A model generated the notes under the pieces. That model ran no database searches. It was given only the letters and a program-made list of their open reading frames with translations, and was not told the DNA's origin. A DNA stretch of 64,000 nucleotides from Amoebidium appalachense (taxonomy: Eukaryota; Protista; Ichthyosporea). The DNA is taken from assembly GCA_963693365.1 (NCBI GenBank), contig CAVNZM010000004.1:268448-332447 (forward strand), written 5' to 3'. Positions 33,430 through 57,172 of this stretch are shown here, in pieces (position 1 is the first letter of the stretch; the number at the start of each line of letters is the position of its first letter). A program made the translations under genes and the position numbers.

Positions 33430-34413
33430 CACGCGTGAACACACACAACATCAAGGCACATCGGCACACCGGTTTGTATGCATATGCATTCCCGTGTGTC
33501 CATGCGTGCACATGCGCACACATTGCGACACAAAAAAAATCACAGCACGCACATGCCAACACGATAGATGTACCGTTATGCATAATTACGTGGGTGGTGG
33601 GCACGCCGTGCTCATGAATGGATGTCTTTCATGGATGCATTTAGACCAAACATTTGGATACATTATAGGTGTGGTGTGTGTATGTGCTTGTGTGAGTGTG
33701 CGCTTGCATGCGTGCGTGTTTGTGTGTGTGTGTGTGTATGTGTGTATGAATTTGTGTGTGTGTGTGTATGTGTGTGTCTGTGTGTGTCCCTGCGCTCGTG
33801 TGTGTACGCCAGCGCGCACGTCTGTGTGTGTTTGTGCGTAGTGCGTGTGGGCTTGCATATGTGTCCGTGAAAGGGTATATGAGTAGCCACAAGTAGAGTC
33901 AGGGTGCCCGTGCATCGTACGTGTCGCACGTGTGTATGTGTGTGTGTAGTTTTTTGTATCTATTTGCACTGAAGTAAGCAGGCACGTGGTACGTGCACAC
34001 ACCAAGCACACCCAGGCAACCACAACAGACCAAGTACGTGCAGTGAGCGCACAGCAGAACGCCACTTGTAGGTGCACAGTGTAGGTGCACACACACCAGA
34101 GCCACGCGTGTACACAGGAAGAGTACATATGCACGTGCGCAAAAGCACGCAAATACGCGCATATACAGCAAGAACCCACGTAAGCGCGCACACTAACCCA
34201 CAGGCGCACTCACCAAAGCAGCAAATACACGAACTCACCAAAGCAGCAAATACGCGCAGTCACACACCATGTAACACAGGTACACACAGGCACCCTCCAC
34301 AGACACACGCACCTGTTTTTCAGGATGGTGCCTCTGTCTGCGTGCACGGCACTCAGCGGGTCTGCCGGCAGCGCAGCCGCCACGCTGACCAACAGCAAAC
34401 ACGGCCGCAGCAT
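27051..34413 (-). CDS. LCAT / lysosomal phospholipase A2 (PLA2G15)-family acyltransferase with signal peptide
   Basis: Exons 34413-34313, 32418-32223, 31807-31732, 31508-31419, 30880-30749, 30481-30415, 29985-29878, 29602-29499, 29217-29079, 28741-28600 and 28344-~28240, then a less certain 3' region ending at TAG 27051. Motifs [19 protein letters not shown], nucleophile THSLGG, IGAPWAGS, GDAVV (Asp) and GEHKKM (His). Confidence 0.9.
27410..27505. repeat. 28-bp intronic tandem repeat (gggcgggtgggtggatacccggatgggt), ~3 copies
   Basis: Direct tandem copies are visible. Confidence 0.75.
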
Positions 34414-34699
34414 CCTGGCCTGATGTTTGCCTGTGCAATAGACCTAAGGCAGAGCCAACACCAAAGAGAGTCTGTCCCCAAACACCAAGCCGTTTCGGTC
34501 GTGCCCTTGGACACCAAAAAAATAATTAGCCAAACCTTTCAAAGCGGCTATATTACGACAACACAAAATGCTTGCACTATCATAGCCTTGACATGGCTTC
34601 ATACATAAAGGCTACCTGAGGACACACTCGAAAAAACTGAAGTTTTCTGGCGAAGAAAGAGAAAGATGGCTGAAACGACGGACCCAAGCACACACACAA

Positions 34700-35275
34700 C
34701 GATTGGTCAATCTGATCGGCCACCCTTGCTATCCAATCAAAAGCTTTAGCTGAGAGGCGGGTAGAAACAAAACAACAACTTGCAAGTTGATGAAGAAACT
34801 GGAACAACTAAATGGTGGCTAGAGTAATGATATTGTTGCAAGAGGTGATTGCATTGAGTATATTTTATGATTTATTTCTATACATAAGTTAGAAATTTGT
34901 ATGGACAGCGTTAATGCAATTAAGCATGTTATGAGGTACAGGTGCAAAGTAATGGCCAATCAGCATCTGAGCTATGATATTCCTATGACGTCACTGTGTG
35001 GCCCATGATAACACAGAATTTCAGAACTTTTAGAACCAGAAAAGGATGCCGGTATAATCGGCAGGGATTCTAAAGCAATTAATAGATTTATAAGCAACTA
35101 ACTATACTATTATACTATTATATTTATTAACTATATTTCTACATACCACGGCTCTTGTCAAGAGCCTTGGCTCATGCACATTCCTGTTGATGCGCCATCC
35201 ACCAATCAGCAAAAAGCAAAAGAGAACCAATGGCCGCTATGAGCAACCCATGAGCCACCACCTATAAAATGGAGC
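34700..35275. promoter_or_regulatory. Divergent promoter region (LCAT-like / DHRS12-like) with multiple CCAAT boxes, a CRE-like tgacgtca and a TATA box
   Basis: attgg/ccaatc at ~34702, ~34733, ~34956 and ~35202; tgacgtca at ~34986; tataaaa at ~35263. The region is AT-rich and free of microsatellites. Confidence 0.55.
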
Positions 35276-35382
35276 CCAAGCCCCACAATTCACTTCAAAA
35301 AACTTCGGAGCACTAAACGCAAACAAGACAGAAAGAGGGCGAGGAAAAGGATTCAGACGTTATCATCACTCACACAGGCAGC

Positions 35383-36804
35383 ATGTCTCTCTTTCGCAAT
35401 TCGTATTTTATCTTCCGTGGCCTGCGCGAGTTCACGCGGCAGGGCTACGAGAAGGCCGCCAAAGACTTCAATGCGAAGGATCTGGACGTCGACTTGACCG
35501 GAAAGTCTGTAATCGTCACAGGTGCTGCCCCTCATATCATAATGCACGTAGGCAAGCACGCACGCACGCACGCACGCACGCGGACGTACGCACACACGCA
35601 CATCGGTACACAGGAACACACAAACACGCACATAAACGCAGACGCGACCTGCATCCATGCACACATGCACACCCACACCTCCCTAGCCTCCCCCCCCCCT
35701 CCCCCCCCTCCCCGCCCTCCTTCCCCCCCTACAAACACGTACAACCACTCTCCATACCTCAAGCTTCCAGCTCTGCTTTGGATGCCGGCCGCTTTTGCAC
35801 ATATGGACTAAAAAACGTCCCCTGTGACAAGGTTGTGTGAGATCAGCATCTCACGTTTGACTGTGTTTTGCTCTCGGTGACAACTGGACAGTGTTTGCCT
35901 GGGGAATGGTTGCAATGGTTTACAAGAACACGTAATTCTACTAGCAGCCTTACTTCCCTCAGTCTCCTCTTTGAATCGTAGCTCCTCCCCCCCGCCCACC
36001 CACCCACCCACCCACCCCCCTCCCCCTCCCCCCCCACTCCCCCCCCCCCCCCCCCCCCCTTTACCCTCCACCCCACCCCCCCCTCTCCTCCTCCCCTCTC
36101 CCCTTCCCTTCCCCAGAGCAGGTCACTGACATCACACTCACAGGGGCCAACAGCGGCATTGGCAAGATCACAGCTTTGGAGGTGGCAAAGCGAGGTATGG
36201 TAGGGAAGGGGGGCCCAAGTGCATGTCTGTTGCGGGTTACAGTTTGAAATAGTAGTGGAAGGGTGGGTGTGGTGGAGCATGGGTTGACCGTGCCAACATG
36301 TCTCTCTCTCTCTCTGTTTGTCTGGCTGAGTGGGATGTGATGGCAATGTCTAGCTTTGCGGTTGAGTTGTGTGGGTGAGGGCACGGTAACTAAGTGATGC
36401 CTTTTGGTGTACCTTGAGCTTTGACTGACTGCCTTGTCTCTGACCCGTGAACCCGTAGTGTGTGCATGTCAGTGTCTGTGTGCTGCACTGTGTGGAAATG
36501 GTTGGGGCAGGAGAAAAGGGGGGGGAGGTGGGGGAGAGGGGGAAGAAGGAAGGAAGGGGGGAGGGGGGGGTGTATGGGTACATGTGAGCAGCACATAATA
36601 ACCCTGTTATGGCTGCAGGAGGCACGGTGCACCTTGTGTGCCGGTCACGTGACAGGGCGGAGGAGGCACAGCGGGACATCAAGGAGGCCAGCAAGAACGG
36701 CAACGTGCACGTGCACATCGTGGATTTGGGCCGCCCTGCCCAAATAAGGAAATTTGTCTCGGACTTTACGGCACAGGGCCACAAGGCACACGTACTGGTG
36801 GGAG

Positions 36805-36852
<48 letters not shown>

Positions 36853-37782
36853 AAAAGAAGAAGAAGAAGAAGAAGAAGAAGAAGCAAAGGAGAAAAAAAG
36901 AATGCACCACGAACAACACCACCACATTTTTTTGTGCCCCTTGGGCCCGCCGGTTCCGGAAGCCGCATGCAAAGCGCTTTTTTCGTTTCATCACTGCCAT
37001 GGAAACTGAGGTACCGGGTGCTCAGCATAACACACTTACTAGGTGTACAAGAAGTGACGGTGACACGGTATACGTAACATGCACATAGCAGGGCATGGTA
37101 GGCTGCATCTAGGTGTGTGGACCTATCTGGGAGGTCGCTGTGTGGTGCTGACACTGTGTGCAGGTCAACAATGCCGGCTGCATGGTCAATGAGCGCACCC
37201 TCACTCCCGAGGGCCTGGAGGCAAACTTTGCCACAAACACACTGGGCACATACCTGCTGACGGAACTCATGCTGCCTGTGCTGAGAGCAAATGCCCCCGC
37301 AAGAGTGGTACGTGTGTTTGTGTGGGTTGGTGGGTGTGTTGGGTGGTGGGTAGGTGGGTAGGTGGGCGTCAATATGTGTTTCAGTGTGTGTGGTTGGGGG
37401 GATGTGCGTTTGGGGGGGGGGGGGGGGGGGGGGGGGGGTGGAGGGGGGGGGGAGGGGGGGGGGGGTTAATGGTTTCTGAAGGTACGTGGAGGGGGATGTG
37501 GGGTTATGCTCAATTGTTGCAGAAACAAGCAGAAGTGACTTGCCTACACATGTGCTCTGACTGTGGCCTTTCAGTCCAATACTTGGGTTGCTGTGCTTTG
37601 TATGGTTGGAGTGCAATGTGGCTGACTTGATGTGCAGGTAACGGTGTCGTCCGGGGGCATGTACACCGTGGGTTTAGACACGACCGACCTGCAGACGGAG
37701 AAGAAGCACTTCGATGGCACATTTGTCTATGCGCAGAACAAGGTTGATACATACCAGTTGCATGATCCCCCCCTCTCCCCCT

Positions 37783-37814
<32 letters not shown>

Positions 37815-37831
37815 CCCCCCCCCCCCCTCGC

Positions 37832-37867
<36 letters not shown>

Positions 37868-38098
37868 GCCCCTGTCTCGCCTCCCCCCCCCAATCCCCCC
37901 TTTCCCTCCAACCCTCTTGCCAATAATGAGGAGCAAAAAAGCGTATGCCTTTTTGTGGTCTGGTGATGCTGCAGCCCTTCCGTTGCCACACTACTTCAGA
38001 CCACCACAGTACCAGCAACGTGCATGGAGGCATGGTTGCACAGGTTGTTTTGCGTCCTGGTAGGCAACTGTAAACAATGCCGTCTTAGTCACTTATAA

Positions 38099-38192
<94 letters not shown>

Positions 38193-38745
38193 GCAGCGCC
38201 AGCAAGTTTGCCTAACACAGTGGTGGGCTCGACGTGAGGGGTCCAACCCCCCGGTGTCCTTCTACTCGTGCCACCCTGGCTGGGCAGATACTGCGGCTGT
38301 ACGTAGCAGCATGCCGGACTTCCATAGGCGCATGGAGGGCAGGCTGAGGACAGAGGAGCAAGGGGCTGACACGGTAGTGTGGCTCACTGCTTGCAGCAAC
38401 ATCAATGTGGCCCCGGGTTCCTTCGTGCAGGGTGGGTGAAGTAACTGCCGGGGGAGGGGGGGGGGGGTTAGGGGGATAGGGGGACTCTGGATGGGCATGT
38501 GGCTAGGTGCCTGCCTGGGGTGTGGCCCACCGTGTGGGGCTGGGTGTGTCCGTTGGCCCCGGCCTGCGCCGGGTGCGTGTGGTTGTGTGTGGGCTTGGAG
38601 AAGGGCTATGTGAGGTAGTGGTGACGTGGGATAGGGGTTTGATGGTCAATCTGTGTGTGTGTGTGGGGGGGGGGGGGGGGGGGGGGGGGGGGGAGCTAGG
38701 GTAGGGGTGAGGGAAGGTGTGCGGGTGTTTTTTATTTTTTAATTT

Positions 38746-38780
<35 letters not shown>

Positions 38781-39589
38781 TTTTTTTTGGGGGGGAGGGG
38801 GGGGGAGGGGGGGGGGGGGGGGCACATGAATGTTAGGGGATGTATGGGAGGATGTCTGATTAGCCGGGAATTGCGCTTAATTGCATCCAAAGAATACCCA
38901 TGTGAGCGCATGTTGGTGTTGTTTTTTATGTGCTTGGAGGTGGGAGTGATAGTACCGTTATGTGCCCTTGGTGTGCGCTTTTAGACATTGTGCCATCCGT
39001 TTACCATGTGCAAGTGCCTGCTTTGTGTGTGTTTTGCACGGTGCTACACACAAGTACTCACCAAGCACCCGACAGACCGGCAGGCTGTGGGCCTTCACTT
39101 CCCTCTGGCCTTCACCACAAACACAGAGCAGGATGAGGACACCCTCGTCAAGGTTTGGGCCCCTACCTCCCCCCCCCCCCCCCCTTCCCCGACCCCACCC
39201 CTCCTCCCCCCTCCTTGCCCCCCTCCCCCCGTCTGGAGTATGGCAACCCGGCTTCTACCTGTTGCACCCCCCATATCTTCGTGCACACCCCTATCTACCC
39301 CCCCCCCTCCCCCCCCACACACACACACACAAACACACAGAGACTCTCTCTCTCTCTCTCTCTCTCGCTCCCCCCCCCCCCCTCCCCCTCTATCTCAAGT
39401 GGAAAAGACGATGTGTAAGCTTGCTTAGAACAACTACAAACCAACATGACCCGGTATGCGCTTGCGGTGCGTGCGCACACACACACTCACTCACTCGTTC
39501 ACACCCACACACACACATGGCCCCTAGTGACACTTGTGTCTTTGCAGAAACTCGACGAGATCCTTGCCAAGCTGCCTGCCGAGCCCTAA
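35383..39589 (+). CDS. DHRS12: Short-chain dehydrogenase/reductase, DHRS12-like, 8 exons
   Basis: Exons 35383-35521, 36144-36194, 36619-36797, 37164-37307, 37638-37742, 38197-38431, 39076-39152, 39548-39589. N-terminus MSLFRNSYFIFRGLREFTRQGYE, plus TGANSGIG, NNAG, YAQNK and HPGWADT, matches DHRS12. Confidence 0.93.
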
Positions 39590-40323
39590 ACAAGTCATTT
39601 TTTTTTTTTGCCCTGTTGGGAGGGGAGGGGAGGGGAGGGAGGGGGGGGGGGGGGGGTGTAGTAGTTTGCCTAGGGGACTTTGAATGACCACTATAGACGA
39701 GTAGCGAGTAGCTTTAAACGGGGGAAGTGGGAGTGTGTCTCCGTGCAATGGTGATGGCTGGGGAAAGGGGGGGAAGCGGGGGGAGGGGGAGGGCGAGGGT
39801 TGCTGGGGCCTGCAAGCAGTGGCAGACAAAGCGTACAACAGACATATCTACACTGCAAATGTAAAACGTTGGTTTTGGTGCTGGATTAGATGGGTGGCTG
39901 GGCTAACGCAGGGTGTGTGTGGGCTGTTCCGACATAGCTACTGGTGAAGACTGGCAGTGTTTTGATCATGCATGTAAACCATATAGAGGTTATGAGCAGT
40001 TGGTTTCTACATGTGGTCCTAGCACACGGCAGGTCGATGTAAAGTTGTACTGGGTTTGGGGTGTGGGCACTGGTCGAGTATGCACGTATGGTTGGGTATA
40101 TTCCTGAGGGGCCTAGGGGTATTCGTATGGAATTAGCAGCCTGAAAAGTGAATGTACATATGTTAACTTGCAGTAGCACACAGCCTAATAGGCTCGTTGT
40201 CATTTTTTTTGTTTTTTGTAACGGTAGTGAGGTGCTTGTATATAAAAAAACTACCTGGCCAAATGTGAAGCTCCGAATCAAGCGTATTGCCACTGGACGC
40301 ATTGGCGATTCCCTCCCCCCTTC

Positions 40324-40376
<53 letters not shown>

Positions 40377-41100
40377 ATGCACTTGACAACCCCCCTCCCC
40401 TCCTCTGTCCGTTGTTTCCTCTCCCCTCTCCCCTCTCCCCTCCCCCACCCACCCAAACCAACGGTGTTATACCTGTGCCTTTTACGTGTCTGCAAGTCAG
40501 AACAGTCAGCGTGTCATGGATGTTGCACTCGATTCTCTCTCGACCATATCCCCCCATACCTGGGACTGGTCTCTCTTGTGCCTCGGCATGATCATTCGAC
40601 ATGTCTGATATGGAATAGGGGCTGGGGCTGCCCTAGGTGCCTGGGCAGGTGTGTGTGTGTGTGTGTATGTGGGGGGGGGGGGGGGGGGGGGGAGGGAGGG
40701 AATGGTGGCAGATGCTAGATGTAATAAAGATGTGTCCATGGGAGACGGCACAGGCTGCAGTGCAAATATATTAATGACAACTCCAAATACAGCCGTTACG
40801 TTGTGTGTTCCTTTTGGGGCAATAAAGCATGGCATGTGGCAGTGCGCGCAGGCAGTCACAGGGCATGCGCACAACATGCATGCACCTACATGCAACAGCT
40901 GTTGCAAGCATTGGTGGCAGCATGTGCACTGCCTCCCACATGCACATGTGTGTGTATCCGTTTATTGCAGCCACATTGCACGCATGCATATGCCCACTGC
41001 ATGGCCATGCAATAGGGTGGGCCCATGCCCAGCATGGCCCATTGATACTGCCCCTATCTACATATATATATATATATGCGGTCAGTGCATGTGCACCCCT

Positions 41101-51529
<10,429 letters not shown>

Positions 51530-52035
51530 GGTTGATAAAACTGACTTCCGCCCTCCTTCTGTCTATAACTGTTAAGCTCAATAACTAAGATGCACAAGTA
51601 CTATGTTACTCGAGATGTCTAGCTACAAAGAGGGCTGTCGTTCAAGGCGTTAAAACTGCATGGGCCTTTTTTTTTTGAAGCACCCGGCCCAGTTCACCTC
51701 GCCCCCAAAATCTGATTAGCGAAACCACCTTCTCAACCGCACCAACCAATCAGAAAATCCGTATCATGGTATTTATCGGCCGCATTTGCCGTGCATGACA
51801 AGTGATAAAACACCGGTCTTTTTTTGCTATGGTCGTCTGTAGGCCCTAGGGTACAAGAAGAATCTCAAAAGAAGCAAAAAAAAAATGTTTTTCCTACTGC
51901 ATATACAAACAAAGCTACTATTTCCCTCTATTTTTGTTGAAGCACTCCAGCAGCATATGTTTTCACCAGACAGGGACCTCGAAACACTTGCCATATATGG
52001 CGCGAACCTTACCCTAAATCATGCACCTGCCAAAT
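51530..52035. promoter_or_regulatory. Bidirectional promoter between WDR1 (-) and NDUFAF3-like (+)
   Basis: ~500-bp head-to-head, repeat-free gap with accaatca at ~51746. Confidence 0.5.
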
Positions 52036-53816
52036 ATGGCAGGCGTTTGGCGCCAGTCCCGGGCTCAGCGCACGACGTGTGTTTAGGAACACCGAGACTC
52101 AGCGAATGATGACCGTGCCGCCTTGACCCTGTAGTTTCACATGGTAGTTGTACTGTGATGCATGTTTTGTTTTCGTGATTAGTGGATCTACGTATACCCT
52201 GCATGTTGAGAGCTGCAGCTGTTTTTCTTTCAGCCCGTAGTCCAACGTGCGGCAGAATGGCCAGGTTCCTCCCCCCCCCCCCCCCCCCCCCCCCTCCCCC
52301 CGCCCTCTCCCAACACCCCCCTCTCCCCCTCTCCCCTCTTCCCCTCCTGCTACCCCCAGCTCTCGCCACCACCTCGTAGATCTACCTCCCACCTCCCGCT
52401 GTACCCCTTTCGTGCCCGCTTCCCAGTCCCTCATTTCCTACTTGTCTCCGCCTTCTGCTATCACAACCATAAGTGTTGCGCGGTAGCAAAGTGGGTGGGC
52501 CATTGCAATTGGTTGGTTGCTGGCTTTGGCACCAGTACACAGTTTGAGGACCGGTTTCCTGCGCCCTTTCACCTCCCTCCCCCTTTCCCCCCCTTTTTCC
52601 AGAAATGATGTATACCAGCGCAGATCCTTATGTCCGCATGTTCGCCCGGCTTTGTTTCACCACAAAGTTGTGATTGCTGGCACATGAGTGCCTTTTGACC
52701 ATAGCACTGTGAAGCTGAAGCCTTGTCATGGTTTGGAGCACATCGGGAAGCACTGGCAACGTCTTCTCCTCGTGACTTGTTTCCATTTCACCTTCCTGGT
52801 GGCCGATACAATGTGTTCGTGTCCTTTTAACTCTGTTCTTCTGAACACACACAGACGCGCGCGCACACACACACACACACACGCACACAGGCAGTCCATC
52901 TCTCTATACATTTGCACTCAGAGCCGTGTGGTTTATCACCACGTACACTCATACTCAAACAGACAAGCACGTTCAATCTTCAACATCTTGTTTTCCTTTC
53001 CTTTTGTTGCTATAAATGTCCCTTTTCAACCTGTGTGCCTTGCATTTTCCGTTCACTTGCGCACAAAAACGTACTCACAAGCATTAAAAAACACATGGAC
53101 ATCTAACACACACCCTTTTCATCTCTTCCCCATTCCCCCTCCCCCCCCCCCCCCTCCCCCCCCCCCCCTCTCTCGCCACCCCCCCTCCCCCCTCTCTCTC
53201 CTCCCCCCTCCCCCCCCCCCCCCCCTCTCGTCTGCGTGTCTCCCTGCCTCTCCCGTTTCTGCGTTGCCTCCGCCACCTCCTCTCTTCTCTGCGTCGCCTC
53301 CACCACCTCCTCTCGTTCCTCCCTCCTCCCCCCCCCCCCCTCCCCCCCTCTTTATCTTTTTTCCCTCTCAGTGCCGAGCCCCTCGGTCCAGCTAATCTGT
53401 GGTTGTTTTCCAGCCTCAGCCCACCCCCACCTTCCCCCTGGCTGGTGCTCTAACCCTTTCCCTTGTGGTTTGCAGCTTGTGTTTGCCCCGTCTTGTGCGG
53501 TTGCCACAGACCACCCCCCTGCTGGCATGCACCCGCTGGTGAGTGTTGATGTTTCCGGTTTGCATGTGCTGGTGTGTTTGTTCAGCAGGACACTGGAAAT
53601 GAATCAGGGGGAGGAAGGAGGAGGTATGTTTGAATCAACTGGATGAGATGTTTACAAGAAACAAGCTGGATAGGAGAATGCAGGCAAGGAGGGGAGGGTG
53701 GAGGGGGAAGGGGGGAGGGGGGGGGGCCTGGAAGGGTTGATGGTGTGTTTGGGGCCTCGTATCAGAACAGTGTGCCTGGGGGCGGGGCGAGGGTGGGGGA
53801 GGGATTTGGGGAGGTT

Positions 53817-53857
<41 letters not shown>

Positions 53858-54317
53858 TAGTGGAAGTATCTCAGACAGTGTCTGCAGGAGGCACGTGCAC
53901 AGCAGCGCCGTTGCTTGGCCTGGCAGTGCAGCCCCTGGGGGAGAGGCCAACACTCTGCAACTCAACAGTGTGCAGAAGTACAGCCACAGGGGGTTTGCTG
54001 TTGCTGGCAGGTTCTATCTGGGCCCTGTCGTGGTCTTTCCCAAGCACGTGCTGGCATGGAAGGTGGGTGGGATTTTGTGGGGGGATGGAGGGGGGTGGGT
54101 GTTGAAGGGGGAGAGGGGGGGGGGGGGGGGAGAGGGGGAGGAGTGGGAGTGATTCGTTCCGTGTGTGTGTGTATACCGGTGTGTGTGTGTGTTTTTTTTT
54201 GGGGGGGGGGGGGGGTCTGTGTGTGTGTGGGTGGGTGTGGGTGTGTGTATGTGTGTGTGTGTGTTTGTATGTGTGTGTGCGTGTGTGTGTGTGTGTGGAT
54301 ATGGGTGGGTGGGTGCA

Positions 54318-54349
<32 letters not shown>

Positions 54350-54608
54350 TGTGTGTGTGTGTTGTTGTGGCGGGCCAGCAAGGGCTGACTGGGTGGGCAG
54401 GTAAGCAGGTGGCAGGACATCACCCCTGAGACCCTCTCAGTGTTTGCCCTGACAGAGCCCAAGCCAGGTGGGTGCATGCTACCTGCAAGATTATAGGTGC
54501 AGCTGTAGCATGCACTTGTTCGGTTCCCCCTCTCCCCCCCCCCCCCTTTTCTTTTTAGAAAGGAATGGGGTGGTGTGTGTCCGTGTTTGTTTGTGTGTGT
54601 GCGCGTGT

Positions 54609-54643
<35 letters not shown>

Positions 54644-54955
54644 GGGGGGGCAAAAATATTCGTGTGCTGGCTGGTTGGGTCGGGGGGGGCCGTCCGGCTT
54701 GCAGGATGGGAATGACGCGGGGGGTGCTTGCACGGACAAGCCTGTGCATCGTGCATGCACGGCCAATGTTGGTCTTGTTCCTGATTTGCCTGTGTTAGTT
54801 GCTGCTCAAGGCTATTCCTTTTGGTGCTTTGGATTGGTGTGTGCATCCATCTTTGTGTGATGTGTGTTGACGTCTGGACTGGTGTCGTGTGTCTCGTTTT
54901 GTGTTCTTGGTCCTTACTTGGGCGGCCAAGCAAGCAGGGCGCCCCAGGTAAAGGG

Positions 54956-54996
<41 letters not shown>

Positions 54997-55611
54997 AATA
55001 AGAGCATCTCGGCTGATGGATTTTGGGCAGAGATTGTGGTGCTGGGGCTGGGCAGCAGCACACAGCGGTTGCCACCATCAGTGTACCAGTGGTTCAAGGA
55101 CCAGGGCATACGCGTGGAGATATGCGACACGGTAGGTGGTGTAGATAGGGGATGCAGGGGATGCGTGTGGTCAGGGCACGGAGAGCCACAGGGACGTGTG
55201 TGGATGCCTGCGTGTTGTCCTGCATATATCTCTCAATCAAACCCCCCCTCCCCCCCCCCCCCCCCTCCCTTCCTCCCCTTCTTTTAATGTGTGTGTGTGT
55301 ATGTGTGTGTGTGTGTGAACGTGTGTGTGTGTACATGATGTCTTCTTTTTAGTTATCACTATACTCGTCATTTGGTGGTGGTTGGTTGTTTACTTCTTAT
55401 TTTTTAGTTTATTAGTTTTTGGGGGAGGAGGGGGGGCAACCGGTCGTGGTAATGTGATGCACGGCCTCACCCAACCTAACCATGTTGAACAGACGAGACA
55501 CATGCGTAATTGTGCACACTCCTACGGGCACACGATCACGGACACTTATACGTGCAGGTGCACGCACGCACACATGCCCGCACCAACGCGCATGCGCACG
55601 CGCACACACTC

Positions 55612-55674
<63 letters not shown>

Positions 55675-55767
55675 CGCATTGGCTGCCAGCAGTTCAACCA
55701 CCTGATTGAGGGGGGCTGGCGCCAGGTTGCTGCAGGGTTGCTGCCCATCGACCCACCTCCACAATAG
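52036..55767 (+). CDS. NDUFAF3: Mth938-domain protein, NDUFAF3-like complex I assembly factor
   Basis: Exons 53888-54062, 54401-54467, 55031-55131 and 55675-55767 encode [54 protein letters not shown] and FNHL..VAAGLLP. The 5' exons 52036-52076 and 53476-53538, giving an Arg-rich presequence, are less certain. Confidence 0.85.
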
Positions 55768-56562
55768 ATCAGAAATGTGTCGGGTTGAGGGGTGGGCAGA
55801 TGGGCTGTGTGGAGGCACACAAATAGAGTAGGGGATGGAAGTGGATCGTAGATAAATATTGGGTGTGGATGCCAAACACAGGGCATTGCTGGCAGAGCTG
55901 GGTGAAATGTGAGCAAGGAAGGTGTTTCGTTTTGCTTTTAGATCATCTAGCCAAGCTACACATTGGAACAGGTTTTGGTATGGCATGTGGGCAAGTGCTA
56001 GAATGTCTGTATCAGGACGTAGCAGACTTGGCACTTCTAAGACCTGCCCCCTTTTTTTCTTGTATGAATTGACAACTGTTGTGCAATAGGTGGTGTTATT
56101 TACTGCGTATTCATGAATGAGTGGCCTGTGTAGTAACCGTGAGACTACAGTATATGAAACCTGATGACTGCATAGTACCTGGGGCACGAAGTTTAGCCAA
56201 ATTTGGTGTTATACCGTTGAGGCCAAGGTGCTTGTGTCTGTGCTATAGTGAGGCATACACAGATGCAGTGGTTGTGCATACATGCACATGATCACGCACA
56301 GGCGCGTGCCCATATATGGGTACTATGTAGAGATGACCCATCATGATCAAATAAAATATCCGGAATATGGCAAACGCACGAGCTATATATTCCAGAATCC
56401 ATGATTATCTTGTCTGTTCAGGAATTGAATACTACTTCAGGCGATCTTGAAAATATTCTGCTTCGGAATATGAATCCTGATCAGTGACGAAGTAGATATG
56501 TAACGGCATAAGATGGCAAACAACGTACCAGAGCCGCGGATTGCATGCCCCCATTTGGTCGG

Positions 56563-56593
<31 letters not shown>

Positions 56594-56849
56594 GTGGTGG
56601 TGGTGGTTGGGGGGGGGGGGGGAGGGGGGGGGGGGGGGGGGGGGGGGGGGCTAGGCAGCTGAGAGCACACGACTGTATGTACCACATGAGTACGTAGCTG
56701 ATCGATGCAATAGTGGATGGGGTGACGTGGGGCACATGCAAGATGTCCTTCGGACATGACTTCGACTGCATTCATTCCACGGCCAATATATCTACGTACA
56801 CAAGTATGTGCGCAAATTTAACACCAGTGTGCACATGTGTGTTTGTCAC

Positions 56850-56982
<133 letters not shown>

Positions 56983-57017
56983 CTGCATGTGTGTGCCTGC
57001 ATGTGCGTGTGTGCGCG

Positions 57018-57063
<46 letters not shown>

Positions 57064-57172
57064 GTGTTGTCGGAGAATCAGTTCCTAGGACCGAGCCACA
57101 ATCAAGCTAATACACTGCTCTGTTACTGTAATACCTTAGTGCCCCTCCCAGCAGGGTGCATGCACATTCATG

